NCBI GenBank assembly: GCA_002352465.1
Contig: DEIN01000008.1
Coordinates: 564 to 64,563 of the forward strand
Source of the DNA: Patescibacteria group bacterium UBA2773
GTDB lineage: Bacteria; Patescibacteriota; Minisyncoccia; Moranbacterales; DUUL01
DNA length: 64,000 nt
Reading direction: 5' to 3'
The notes under the pieces were generated by a model. It was not told the origin of the DNA, did not search any database, and saw only the letters and a list, made by a program, of their open reading frames with translations. Both the position numbers and the translations under genes were made by a program. Shown piece after piece: positions 1 to 8,600 of the stretch; position 1 is the stretch's first letter, and the number at the start of each line of letters is the position of its first letter.

Positions 1-1
1 T

Positions 2-427
2 CAAGTTATTGGAGATTGGCGAAAACAATTTCCTTCAAGTTTAAAACGAATCTTAGAAGAGAATATTGAAAAAACAAAACATCATTCCAATAGTTTTTTA
101 AGTTTTATGCTGGCATATAATGGAGATGATGATATTTTAGAAGCAGTCAAAGAGATTAAAAATAAGATTTTACAAGAAGGTCGAGATTTGAAAATAACAG
201 CGGAATCTTTTAGTAATTGTCTTTTGTCTAGAGATTTGCCTCAAGTAGACTTGGTGGTCAGGACTGGAGTGGAAGCTGATCCTCATAATAGCGCTGGATT
301 TTTGATGTGGCAAACTCAAAATTCTCAACAGTATTTTTCGGATAAGCTTTTCCCGGATTTTGGGATTGAGGAGTTGGATTTAGCGGTGGAGGATTTTAAA
401 GAAAGAAGTAGGAGGTTGGGGAAATAA
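2..427 (+). CDS. uppS: Undecaprenyl diphosphate synthase (cis-prenyltransferase), C-terminal part; 5' end lies upstream of the window
   Basis: The open frame runs from the window edge. The translation ...LSFMLAYNGDDDIL...FLMWQ...YFSDKLFPDF...RSRRLG matches the UppS C-terminal motifs (NYGGR-like, FLLWQ, Y-F-x-D-x-LWPDF). Confidence 0.8.
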   Translation, partial: QVIGDWRKQFPSSLKRILEENIEKTKHHSNSFLSFMLAYNGDDDILEAVKEIKNKILQEGRDLKITAESFSNCLLSRDLPQVDLVVRTGVEADPHNSAGFLMWQTQNSQQYFSDKLFPDFGIEELDLAVEDFKERSRRLGK

Positions 428-443
428 GGTAGTCTCAATTTCG

Positions 444-478
444 AATTTTGAATTTCGAATTTTGATTCAATTTTGAAT
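444..478. repeat. Left arm of a 35-bp inverted repeat flanking the four-helix-bundle gene (aattttgaatttcgaattttgattcaattttgaat)
   Basis: Its reverse complement matches 923-957 at 34/35 positions. Related solo copies occur at ~1961-2006 and ~8660-8700. Confidence 0.7.
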
Positions 479-547
479 GACTTAATTTTGAATAAATTTT
501 TAATTATTTTTGCCTACTGGCAGGCAAATAATTTCTAATTAATTAAA

Positions 548-919
548 ATGGATAAAGATAAAAGTAAAAATTTTGATTTAGAAGAAAGGACCGCTATTTT
601 TGGTGAAAATATTATTAAATTTTGTCAATCTTTAAAAAGAGATGTTATTACTAATCCATTAATAAATCAAATAATAAAATCAGCTACCAGTGTTGGCGCT
701 AATTATTGTGAAGCTAATGGAGCTAGTTCTAAAAAAGATTTTAAGAACAAAATTTATATTTGCAAAAAAGAAATTCAAGAAACTAAACATTGGCTTCGAA
801 TGATTTCAGTAGCTGTCCCAGATAAAAAGTTAGAAGCCAGAAAACTTTGGCAGGAATCGCAAGAACTAACTTTAATTTTTGGGAAAATAGTTTCTTCGCT
901 AAAAAACAATAAAAATTAA
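548..919 (+). CDS. Four-helix-bundle protein (23S rRNA intervening-sequence protein family)
   Basis: The 123-aa product carries the characteristic SVGANYCEA motif (IGANIAEG-like) and the size of the four-helix-bundle/IVS protein family. Confidence 0.6.
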   Translation: MDKDKSKNFDLEERTAIFGENIIKFCQSLKRDVITNPLINQIIKSATSVGANYCEANGASSKKDFKNKIYICKKEIQETKHWLRMISVAVPDKKLEARKLWQESQELTLIFGKIVSSLKNNKN

Positions 920-922
920 GTA

Positions 923-957
923 ATTCAAAATTGAATCAAAATTCAAAATTCAAAATT
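923..957. repeat. Right arm of the inverted repeat flanking the four-helix-bundle gene
   Basis: attcaaaattgaatcaaaattcaaaattcaaaatt is the reverse complement of 444-478 with one mismatch. Confidence 0.7.
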
Positions 958-979
958 AATTTTTTAAATAAAAAATCAC

Positions 980-1894
980 ATGAAAGATTTGATTATAATA
1001 GGGGTTGGGCCAGCGGGGTTGGCAGCTTCAATTTATACTTCTCGGTATAATTTGGATACGTTGCTTTTGGGAGCGGAGTTAGGGGGATGTATGAATGAAA
1101 GTTATAATATTGAAAATTATCCTGGATTTTCAGCAATTTCTGGTTTTGATTTGGGGCAAAAAATGAAGGAACACGCGGAAAAATTGGGAGGGGAAATAAA
1201 ACAGGAAAAAGTTGTTGGATTGAAAAAGGAAAATGATATTTTCAAAGTGAAAACTTCGGTGAGGGAGTATGAAGCTAGGAGAGTCTTATTGGCAACGGGA
1301 ACAGTTTTTCGAAAATTGGGAATTCTGGGTGAGGATAAATTGTCGGGTCACGGAGTTTCTTATTGTGCTACTTGCGATGGTCCATTCTTTAAAGAAAAAC
1401 GAGTGGCAGTAGTAGGCGGTGGAAATTCCGCTTTGAACGCAGCTTTATTGTTGTCGCGTTATGCCAAGGAAGTAGTAGTTTTTTTTCGAGCGGAAAAGCC
1501 GAGCGCTATTCCTCGCTATATTGAAAATGCGGGCAAGAGGGAAAATGTTGTTTTGGTGCCAGAAACTAATTTAGTGGAAATAAAAGGTGAGCAAAAAGTA
1601 GAAAAAATTGTTTTGGATAAAGAGTGGCAATCTTCGCTGGAACATTCTTTTGATGGTATTTTTATTGAAGTTGGTTCTCAGCCAGATGATTTAATCTTTA
1701 AGGAATTTGACTTGGAGTTGGATAAATTTGGATATATTGCAGTTGAGCCTGATCAATCTACTAATATTGAAGGGTTGTTTGCGGCAGGAGATATTACTAC
1801 TGGTTCTAATGGTTATCGGCAAATTATTACTGCTTGTAGTGAAGGGGCGATTGCGGCGGCGGCGGTTAATGATTTGAATGAAAAGGGAAGCTAG
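980..1894 (+). CDS. trxB: Thioredoxin-disulfide reductase
   Basis: It has an N-terminal GxGxxG FAD motif (IIGVGPAGLAAS), the redox CATCDG pair, a second NAD(P)H GGGNSA motif, and the expected length of 304 aa. Confidence 0.85.
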   Translation: MKDLIIIGVGPAGLAASIYTSRYNLDTLLLGAELGGCMNESYNIENYPGFSAISGFDLGQKMKEHAEKLGGEIKQEKVVGLKKENDIFKVKTSVREYEARRVLLATGTVFRKLGILGEDKLSGHGVSYCATCDGPFFKEKRVAVVGGGNSALNAALLLSRYAKEVVVFFRAEKPSAIPRYIENAGKRENVVLVPETNLVEIKGEQKVEKIVLDKEWQSSLEHSFDGIFIEVGSQPDDLIFKEFDLELDKFGYIAVEPDQSTNIEGLFAAGDITTGSNGYRQIITACSEGAIAAAAVNDLNEKGS

Positions 1895-2217
1895 TATTAA
1901 GTATTTAGTATGGAGTATTAAGTTTGGCAATTTCAAATTTTATACTCAAAGGGCATTATAAATTTCGAATTTCGAATTTCGAATTTTGAATCAATTTTGA
2001 ATGATTTAGTTCTTGAAGACTGGATTCCAGCCTGCGTGGGGATGACAAAGACATTAAATCGTGAATGTCAAAGCTCAAATTGTTTCAAATTATTCAAATC
2101 AAATCTAAATTTTAAATTAAAAAGCAAAACCCACCCAGCCTCCCTTTAAAAAAGGGAGGGGCCCACCTGCGAGGGAATGACAAAATTAGTAGCGGGAATA
2201 ACAGAGAATTGGAATGG

Positions 2218-2275
2218 TGAAATTTTCCTTAGTTTCGACCGCCGTTCCACTGCGGTCGAACCTAAGGAAAATTTT
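2218..2275 (+). terminator. Very long near-perfect hairpin (about 23-bp stem, 9-nt loop) followed by a T-tract; candidate intrinsic terminator or structured leader between trxB and rplI
   Basis: gaaattttccttagtttcgaccgc / cgttccact / gcggtcgaacctaaggaaaatttt, followed by tgatttt. Confidence 0.5.
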
Positions 2276-2444
2276 TGATTTTAGAAGATTGAAGTTACTG
2301 CGGAATTTATAAATCTCTTGGCAGGTAAAGTTTTTTTTGTTATTCTTATTTAAGGGGTTGTTGTTGAACCCTGTTTTATTTTTAAGAAAAATTTTTAAAA
2401 TAGGTTTTTAATTAAAGTCTAAAATAATCAGTAAGTATTCGGAT

Positions 2445-2885
2445 ATGAAAATTGTTTTATTAAAAAAAGTTGAAAAGTTAGGAAATGCAGGTGAAATTAA
2501 AGAGGTTTCGGACGGATTTGCAAGTAATTATCTTATCCCTAATAAAATGGCTAAGCCAGCCACTGACAATGTTCTTAAAGAAGTAGAAAAACAAGTTGAA
2601 AGTCAAAAAGTTCAAGAAGAGATTGCGTCAATTAAAGCTAGAAAATTAATTGAAAAAATCAAAGGACAAGAATTTGAAATTGAGCAAAAAGCTAAGAACG
2701 GAAAATTATTTGGTTCGGTTAAACAAAAAAATATAGTAGCATTGGTTAATACAAAGGGTTTTGAAATAGAAGAAAAAAACGTTGTTTTTAAAAAAGCAAT
2801 TAAGGAAGTTGGCGTTTTCGATATTGAAATTAAACTTCAAGATGGAATTAGTACTACGATAAAATTGACGGTAAAGGAAAAATAA
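2445..2885 (+). CDS. rplI: 50S ribosomal protein L9
   Basis: The start MKIVLLKKVEKLGNAGEIKEVSDGFASNYLIP is the canonical L9 N-terminus, and the 146-aa length fits. Confidence 0.9.
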   Translation: MKIVLLKKVEKLGNAGEIKEVSDGFASNYLIPNKMAKPATDNVLKEVEKQVESQKVQEEIASIKARKLIEKIKGQEFEIEQKAKNGKLFGSVKQKNIVALVNTKGFEIEEKNVVFKKAIKEVGVFDIEIKLQDGISTTIKLTVKEK

Positions 2886-3146
2886 TTTTTTTAAAATAAG
2901 ATTAGAGGAGGGGAAATTAGTGTCGAATGTATAATCTTGAGTATATAGTATGAAAAAAATATTATATTCATTAAATTATTCAAAACGCTTACCTACTGGC
3001 AGACAGGCAAATTATTCTCTACCTTGGCGAGACGGGAAAATTATTCAAATCAAATCCGAATTTTAAATTAATGAACTGGATTCCTGCCTCCGCGGGAATG
3101 ACAAGCGGAAAGATTGACCCTTTTTTTAATTTGTAATAAACAAAAA

Positions 3147-4796
3147 ATGTCAAAGCAAAGTCCTAAATATATATTCGTTTTTGGGGGTGTAATGTCCGGA
3201 ATCGGAAAAGGGATTTCTGCTTCGTCAATTGCTAAAATTGTTCAAGCACATAATTATAAAGTAACCTCAATTAAAATTGATCCTTATGTAAATGTTGACG
3301 CGGGGACGATGAACCCCACTGAGCATGGTGAGGTTTTTGTTTTGGCAGATGGGTTGGAAACGGATCAGGATATGGGAAATTATGAAAGATTTTTGAATAT
3401 TAAACTTCCTGGGAGTAATTATATGACTACTGGAAGTGTTTATTGGAAGGTTCTTAATAATGAAAGAAATTTAAAATATAAAGGTAAGTGTGTTCAAATT
3501 ATTCCTCACGTGACAGATGAAGTCATCCAGACTATTCAAAAATCAGCAGTCAAAAATGATGCTGACGTGGTGGTAATTGAGGTCGGTGGAACAACTGGTG
3601 ATTATGAAAATGTTTTGTTTACTGAGGCGGCGCGACAATTGAAATTAAGACATCCAGACGATGTTTTATTTGTAATGATAACTTTTGTCCCTTATCCAGT
3701 CAAAATTGGCGAAATGAAAACTAAACCAACTCAACAAGCGGCGAGATCGTTGAATGAAGCCGGAGTTCAGCCTGATATTATTATTGCCAGAGGTGAACAA
3801 GAAATTGACAAGAAGCGAAAAGAAAAAATTGCTTTATTTTGTAATATTCGAGAGGAGGCGGTTATTTCTGCTCCGGATGCTGAGTCTATTTATGAAATAC
3901 CTTTAAATTTTGAAAAAGATGGTTTAAGTTCTACTGTATTAAAAAAACTTGGATTGAAAAATGGAGGAGAGTGCGATTTAGATGATTGGCGGAAAATGGT
4001 GAAAAAAATAAAAAATGCGAAAGAAGAAGTTCGAATTGGGTTAGTTGGAAAATATTTTGGAACAGGGGATTGTGTTCTTTCGGATTCTTATATTTCGGTG
4101 ATTGAAGCTTTGAAACATGCGGCTTTTGATCAAGGAAAAAAGCCAGTTATTGATTGGATTAATGCTGAAAAATTTGAAGTGGAAGAAACTGATTTAGCAG
4201 AACTTGATAAATATGATGCATTAATAGTTCCTGGTGGATTTGGTAGTCGAGGAATAGAAGGCAAAATCAATGTGATTAAATATGCGCGAGAAAATAAAAT
4301 CCCTTATTTGGGGTTGTGCTACGGAATGCAATTAATGGTGATCGAATATGCGCGAAACGTGGTTGGGTTGAAAGACGCGAATACGGCTGAAATAAATCCG
4401 GACGCAAAATATTTAGTGGTTGATTTGATGCCAGAGCAAAAAGAGAAAATGAAAAATAGCGATTATGGTGCCACTATGCGATTAGGTGAATATCCTTGTG
4501 AAATTAAAGCCGGAACCTTGGCGAGTGAGGCTTATAAAACGGAAAATATTATGGAAAGGCATCGACATCGATATGAAGTTAATCCTGAATATATTAAGTC
4601 GTTGGAAGATGCTAATTTAATTTTTTCTGGTCAATCTCCAGACGGAAAATTAATGGAAATTGCTGAATTATCAAAGGCGGAACATCCTTTTATGCTAGGA
4701 AGTCAGTTCCATCCAGAATTTACATCAAGTCCGATGAAGCCAAATCCTTTATTCCAAGCTTTAATTAGAGCCAGCATTGAAAAAATTAAAAAATAA
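3147..4796 (+). CDS. pyrG: CTP synthase
   Basis: KYIFVFGGVMSGIGKG is the N-terminal synthetase motif. The C-terminal glutamine amidotransferase domain has GLCYGMQ and HPEF. The track ORF begins at 3114, but the likely start is the internal Met at 3147. Confidence 0.9.
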   Translation: MSKQSPKYIFVFGGVMSGIGKGISASSIAKIVQAHNYKVTSIKIDPYVNVDAGTMNPTEHGEVFVLADGLETDQDMGNYERFLNIKLPGSNYMTTGSVYWKVLNNERNLKYKGKCVQIIPHVTDEVIQTIQKSAVKNDADVVVIEVGGTTGDYENVLFTEAARQLKLRHPDDVLFVMITFVPYPVKIGEMKTKPTQQAARSLNEAGVQPDIIIARGEQEIDKKRKEKIALFCNIREEAVISAPDAESIYEIPLNFEKDGLSSTVLKKLGLKNGGECDLDDWRKMVKKIKNAKEEVRIGLVGKYFGTGDCVLSDSYISVIEALKHAAFDQGKKPVIDWINAEKFEVEETDLAELDKYDALIVPGGFGSRGIEGKINVIKYARENKIPYLGLCYGMQLMVIEYARNVVGLKDANTAEINPDAKYLVVDLMPEQKEKMKNSDYGATMRLGEYPCEIKAGTLASEAYKTENIMERHRHRYEVNPEYIKSLEDANLIFSGQSPDGKLMEIAELSKAEHPFMLGSQFHPEFTSSPMKPNPLFQALIRASIEKIKK

Positions 4797-4878
4797 GTTA
4801 TGAAAAATAAAAATCCTTGAGAGCCATTTGGCAACAAGGATTTTTATTTAAAAACAGTTCTATTTTTAAAAAATATCG

Positions 4879-5151
4879 CTATCTAACTTTGACAATTTTA
4901 ACTTTTTCAATTTTTCCGGTGAATTTTTTGACTCGTTTAACGACAAATTCAACAATTCCGTCTTTCATTGCCATAATAGTGTCGTCATTACATCTTTTGG
5001 TGTTGGCTCCAGCTCGAACATTAGTTCCTCGTTGTCTAATTATAATAGAACCTGTTTTGGCCTTTTGATTACCAAAAATTTTGACACCAAGTCGTTTCGA
5101 AATCGAATCACGACCTAGTCTGGTTGAGCCTCCTGCTTTTTTCTGTGACAT
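4879..5151 (-). CDS. rpmA: 50S ribosomal protein L27
   Basis: MSQKKAGGSTRLGRDS...RQRGT..AG.N matches L27. The product is 90 aa. Confidence 0.9.
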   Translation of the reverse strand: MSQKKAGGSTRLGRDSISKRLGVKIFGNQKAKTGSIIIRQRGTNVRAGANTKRCNDDTIMAMKDGIVEFVVKRVKKFTGKIEKVKIVKVR

Positions 5152-5238
5152 ATTTTTATATAAGTGTTAGTGGAACTGTTTAAAAATTATGGTTGGTAAC
5201 AATCCCTTAATACAATAGAACAATTATAGTATTTTACA

Positions 5239-5673
5239 ATGAAAATGTCAAATATTAAAAGCTTTAAATTCTTTATAAAAACTAATCAAGAGCGTTTTTT
5301 ATTTGTGATTATTGTTATTTTAATTGCTATGATCAGTTTTAGAGCGGGGGAAGTGAGAGAAAAAGAGAAAAAATCGGCTGAGCTAAAAGTCATTCTTAAT
5401 AATCAAGTTGAAAGAAATCCAGAAGAAAAAAAGGCAATTGCATTAGGGAAAGCTATTCAAAGGAAAGGTTTAACGGAAGTAGTAGCGAGTAAAACAGAAA
5501 TAATTGGAAATAATGAGGAACAATGTCAATTTGTGGGTTCTAAAAATTCTGATAAATATCACGTAATGAGTTGTCGATGGGCAGAGCAAATAAAGCCAGA
5601 AAATAGAGTTTGTTTTCAGTCAGTGGAGGAGGCGGAGAAGATGGGGTATCAGCCGGCGAGTTGCAATAAATAG
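5239..5673 (+). CDS. Membrane-anchored protein with a C-terminal Ada-like Cys-rich metal-binding motif
   Basis: It has an N-terminal transmembrane helix. The C-terminal YHVMSCRW...ENRVCFQSVEEAEKMGYQPASC resembles the Ada Zn-binding pattern (Y.R.sC....eN..F.s..eA...Gy.PC..C). Confidence 0.45.
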   Translation: MKMSNIKSFKFFIKTNQERFLFVIIVILIAMISFRAGEVREKEKKSAELKVILNNQVERNPEEKKAIALGKAIQRKGLTEVVASKTEIIGNNEEQCQFVGSKNSDKYHVMSCRWAEQIKPENRVCFQSVEEAEKMGYQPASCNK

Positions 5674-5978
5674 CAAAGCCGTTAATAATCAATGTTTAAT
5701 ATTCAACATTCATTTAATATTCAATTTTTTAATATTCAATGGGTTTTGAAAGGGAAGAAAATTTATACCCGAGGGCAATTAGTAATTTATAATTTATGCT
5801 CGAGAGTACTTTGTAATTTGTTAACAATTTATAATATCTAATTTTTCCACTTCGGCAAGCCTTAGGCGAAACGGGTCTCGTCGAGACGGGCAATTTTTAA
5901 AATACTCGCTAGAAACTAAAGTTTTGTTTATAAATTATAAATTTTAATATTAAGGTTTAAATAATTAATAGTAATCTT

Positions 5979-6692
5979 ATGGGAGGTGGAAAAAATGAAA
6001 TGATTGTGATTTCTTTGGGAGGTTCTTTGATTGTTCCAGGGGAAATTGATTGGAAATTTTTGAAAGAATTTCGAAAAGAAATTGTTAAACAAATTGAAAA
6101 AGGACGAAAATTTATTATCGTTACGGGTGGCGGTGATATTGCTCGTAAATATCAAAAAGCGGCTGGGAAAATAGCGAATTTAGAGCAGGATGATATGGAT
6201 TGGATTGGGGTTCATTCAACTCGATTAAATGCTCATTTATTGAAAACTATTTTTCGGGATTATACTCATCCAAGAATAAATAAAAATCCTCGGACTAAAG
6301 AGGATTTAATGTTGCATTTCAATGAAGGGGAAAAAATAATGGTGGCCGCTGGTTGGCGACCTGGTTGGTCAACTGATTATGTTGCAACTATTTTAGCGGA
6401 AAGATTAGGTGTAAAAAAAATGTTAAATCTTTCTAATATTAAATATGTTTATGATAAAGATCCTAAAAAATTTAAAGATGCTAAAAAAATAAAAAAGATA
6501 AACTGGGTGGATTTTAGGTTGATTGTGGGTGATGAATGGGATCCTGGATTAAATGCACCTTTTGACCCAATTGCTTCTAAGCACGCTCAAGAAATTGGGT
6601 TAGAGGTAATTGTAGCTGAAGGTCGAAACATTGAAAATTTGAGTAAAATTTTGGAAGGAGGAGAGTTTGATGGAACGGTTATTAAAGATTAG
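5979..6692 (+). CDS. pyrH: Archaeal-type uridylate (UMP) kinase, amino-acid-kinase fold
   Basis: MIVISLGGSLIVPGE...IIVTGGGDIARKY...GWRPGWSTDYVA..YDKDPKKFKDAKKIKKI aligns closely with archaeal UMP kinases in my memory of the family. The product is ~230 aa. Confidence 0.7.
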   Translation: MGGGKNEMIVISLGGSLIVPGEIDWKFLKEFRKEIVKQIEKGRKFIIVTGGGDIARKYQKAAGKIANLEQDDMDWIGVHSTRLNAHLLKTIFRDYTHPRINKNPRTKEDLMLHFNEGEKIMVAAGWRPGWSTDYVATILAERLGVKKMLNLSNIKYVYDKDPKKFKDAKKIKKINWVDFRLIVGDEWDPGLNAPFDPIASKHAQEIGLEVIVAEGRNIENLSKILEGGEFDGTVIKD

Positions 6693-6994
6693 TATATAGT
6701 ATTTAGTCTGGAGTATGAAAAATATCATATTCATTAAATTGCTCAAAGCTCAAACTATTTTAAATTATTTCAAATCAAATTCAAATTTCAAATTTAAAAT
6801 AAAAATCCTCTCAGTCCCTCTTTGGGAAAGAGGGAGGATTGAGGAAGAAGTTTTTAGAATAATTAAATATTTTGAAAAGAAGTTAATTTAAAAGAATTGT
6901 GGTTAAAGATTGAACTGAAGTTAATATTCAATATTCAATAACCATTAAATATTCAATAGTTTTTATATACAATATTTAATTTTTAAAATAGAAC

Positions 6995-7018
6995 ATACCA
7001 TAGAACGTTCTATGGTAT
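6995..7018. promoter_or_regulatory. Perfect 24-bp palindrome (ataccatagaac|gttctatggtat) 17 bp upstream of the AbrB-like ORF; candidate operator
   Basis: It is exactly self-complementary and placed across the expected -10/transcription-start region of the downstream small regulator gene. Confidence 0.55.
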
Positions 7019-7034
7019 CGTCTAAATCAAAATT

Positions 7035-7199
7035 ATGGAAAAATATGAAGTGAAATTAACAAAAACTTCTAGATATAGCTATTATTTAGTTATCCCAAAG
7101 GAAATGATCAAAAAATACGGTTGGAAAGAGAAACAAAAAATGACTATCATCGACAAAGGTAGAGGAAAATTAGAGGTGTATGATTGGAAAAAAAGATAA
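7035..7199 (+). CDS. Small AbrB/MazE/SpoVT-family (swapped-hairpin) DNA-binding protein, 54 aa
   Basis: MEKYEVKLTKTSRYSYYLVIPKEMIKKYGWKEKQKMTIIDKGRGKLEVYDWKKR. The '...Y.v.IPKe....gw..g....i..d..g.L...' pattern is typical of AbrB/MazE domains. It is too short to appear in the >=60-aa ORF track. Confidence 0.55.
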   Translation: MEKYEVKLTKTSRYSYYLVIPKEMIKKYGWKEKQKMTIIDKGRGKLEVYDWKKR

Positions 7200-7458
7200 T
7201 TTATCAAAATAAAACTTCCACCTCGGCGAGTCCGTCTTTGCTAAAGCTGTGCCGAGGTAAGTCTTGGCGAGATGGGCTATTAAATCTGCCTGTGCCGGCA
7301 GGCAGTGGCGAGGCAAGAGTTAGGAGCATTTTTTTAATTAGACTGGATTCCCGCCTCCGCGAGAATGACAAAGAAATGGTGTGAACAATAAGTGGATTTT
7401 TGACATTTATATTTTGGTTTTGATTTGAAATAATTTAAAATAGTTTGAGCTTTGAAAT

Positions 7459-8595
7459 TTAGCTTACCTTATCTTGTCTGATGCTTAGGCCGTAGCTTTC
7501 GCTTTTTAGTTCTTTTAATTTTTCAACTGCTTGTTTCTCCTTTGATGGTAAAACTTGCAGAACTTTGTTGAGCTGAAGTTGGTTGACTTTGACGACTTGG
7601 TCCCAAAGTTTCTTTTTTTTAAGAATTTCTTTGAGTTTCTCTTCGTTGTATTTGAAAGTTTGTCGATGAGTTTTGGCGACGATTTTTCCGTTACCAAACA
7701 AGCGATCAACTTTTTCGCCTTCCATAATTTCTAGTAGATTTTTTTGAAGGGCTGAAATTTCTTTTCTAATATTTTTGGCTTCAGTTTGCAATTCTAAATA
7801 TTGTCGAATAATTGAGTTTTTTTCTTCGTCAGTGGCAGTTAGCTCTTTTTTGAATTTATGTTTCCACATTGGACAAATTTCTTGAAAATCGCACCAATCA
7901 CAAAGCGGAGAAGTTTGAGGTTCAAAATCGGAATTTTTAATTGCATCGAATAAATCAAAAATTTTCTCTTTTTCTTGAGTGAGCTGATCGAGGTTTTTGA
8001 CAGTTGAAAGTTTGGTGTCGTGCTTTAGAAAATAAAGACTTAGTTTAATTTTCTCAGGAGTTTTGGCTAGTTGAGGATATCTTTTCAAAAAAGCTAAAAG
8101 GTAAATTAAAAGTTGAAGATTGTCTTCGACGTGAGCTTGAGAGGGAAGTTTATTGGCGGTTTTGTAGTCAATGATTTCATAGCCATCGTCAGTTTTATCA
8201 ATTCGATCAATAATTCCGGAAATAAGATGGATTTCATTGTTGTGCTTTAAATCAACTGAAAAACGAGATTCAATATCGACTATTTGAAAATCGCTAGGAT
8301 TATTGTTTTTATAATAATTTTGAATTATTTTAATGCCTTGGGCAAAAGCAGCTCTTTCTCGAAATTCATTGTCAAAAACGTCTGAATTCCATTTTTGGGA
8401 AAAATGGTTTAAGGCTTCTTTTTGAGTTGGCAAAATGAAGCTTCCAGTGTGAATAAACTGCATAGTGGAGTGAATCATGCTTCCGAAGACGGCTTCAGCG
8501 GATTTTTTGCCAGTTCTGATTTTATCAATTGCACTGAATTTGTAGCGAAGAGGGCAAGTTTGAAAGGAATTTAGGGCGGAGTAAGAGGTTTTCAT
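7459..8595 (-). CDS. PD-(D/E)XK nuclease superfamily protein (RecB/Cas4-like) with a C-terminal Cys cluster
   Basis: It has an IDYK catalytic-type motif (YEIIDYKTANK) and a C-terminal C..CDWCDFQEICP four-Cys cluster, as in Cas4/AddB-type nucleases. No cas genes are nearby. Confidence 0.65.
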   Translation of the reverse strand: MKTSYSALNSFQTCPLRYKFSAIDKIRTGKKSAEAVFGSMIHSTMQFIHTGSFILPTQKEALNHFSQKWNSDVFDNEFRERAAFAQGIKIIQNYYKNNNPSDFQIVDIESRFSVDLKHNNEIHLISGIIDRIDKTDDGYEIIDYKTANKLPSQAHVEDNLQLLIYLLAFLKRYPQLAKTPEKIKLSLYFLKHDTKLSTVKNLDQLTQEKEKIFDLFDAIKNSDFEPQTSPLCDWCDFQEICPMWKHKFKKELTATDEEKNSIIRQYLELQTEAKNIRKEISALQKNLLEIMEGEKVDRLFGNGKIVAKTHRQTFKYNEEKLKEILKKKKLWDQVVKVNQLQLNKVLQVLPSKEKQAVEKLKELKSESYGLSIRQDKVS

Positions 8596-8600
8596 GGGCG

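Noticed and set aside
1691-1936. Antisense ORFs overlapping well-supported genes (e.g. 1691-1936, 4817-5068, 9853-10041, 12130-12342, 20114-20485, 23748-24026, 45285-45551, 46795-47205, 51764-52201)
   Set aside because: Each is embedded in or opposite a conserved, motif-bearing gene, has low-complexity composition, and has no independent support. I take them as frame artefacts.
2021-7375. tRNA-like or tmRNA-like sequence in actggattcc(c)gcctccgcgggaatgacaa copies
   Set aside because: There is no cloverleaf and no T-loop GTTCRANYC consensus or acceptor pairing. I see a short hairpin motif only. No tRNA or rRNA genes were detected in the window.
7184-7384. 66-aa plus-strand ORF in the ORF track
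   Set aside because: It lies wholly inside a GC-rich patch made of recurrent non-coding motifs. Its composition is atypical, it has no SD, and it overlaps the stop of the AbrB-like gene. I treat it as non-coding structured DNA/RNA.
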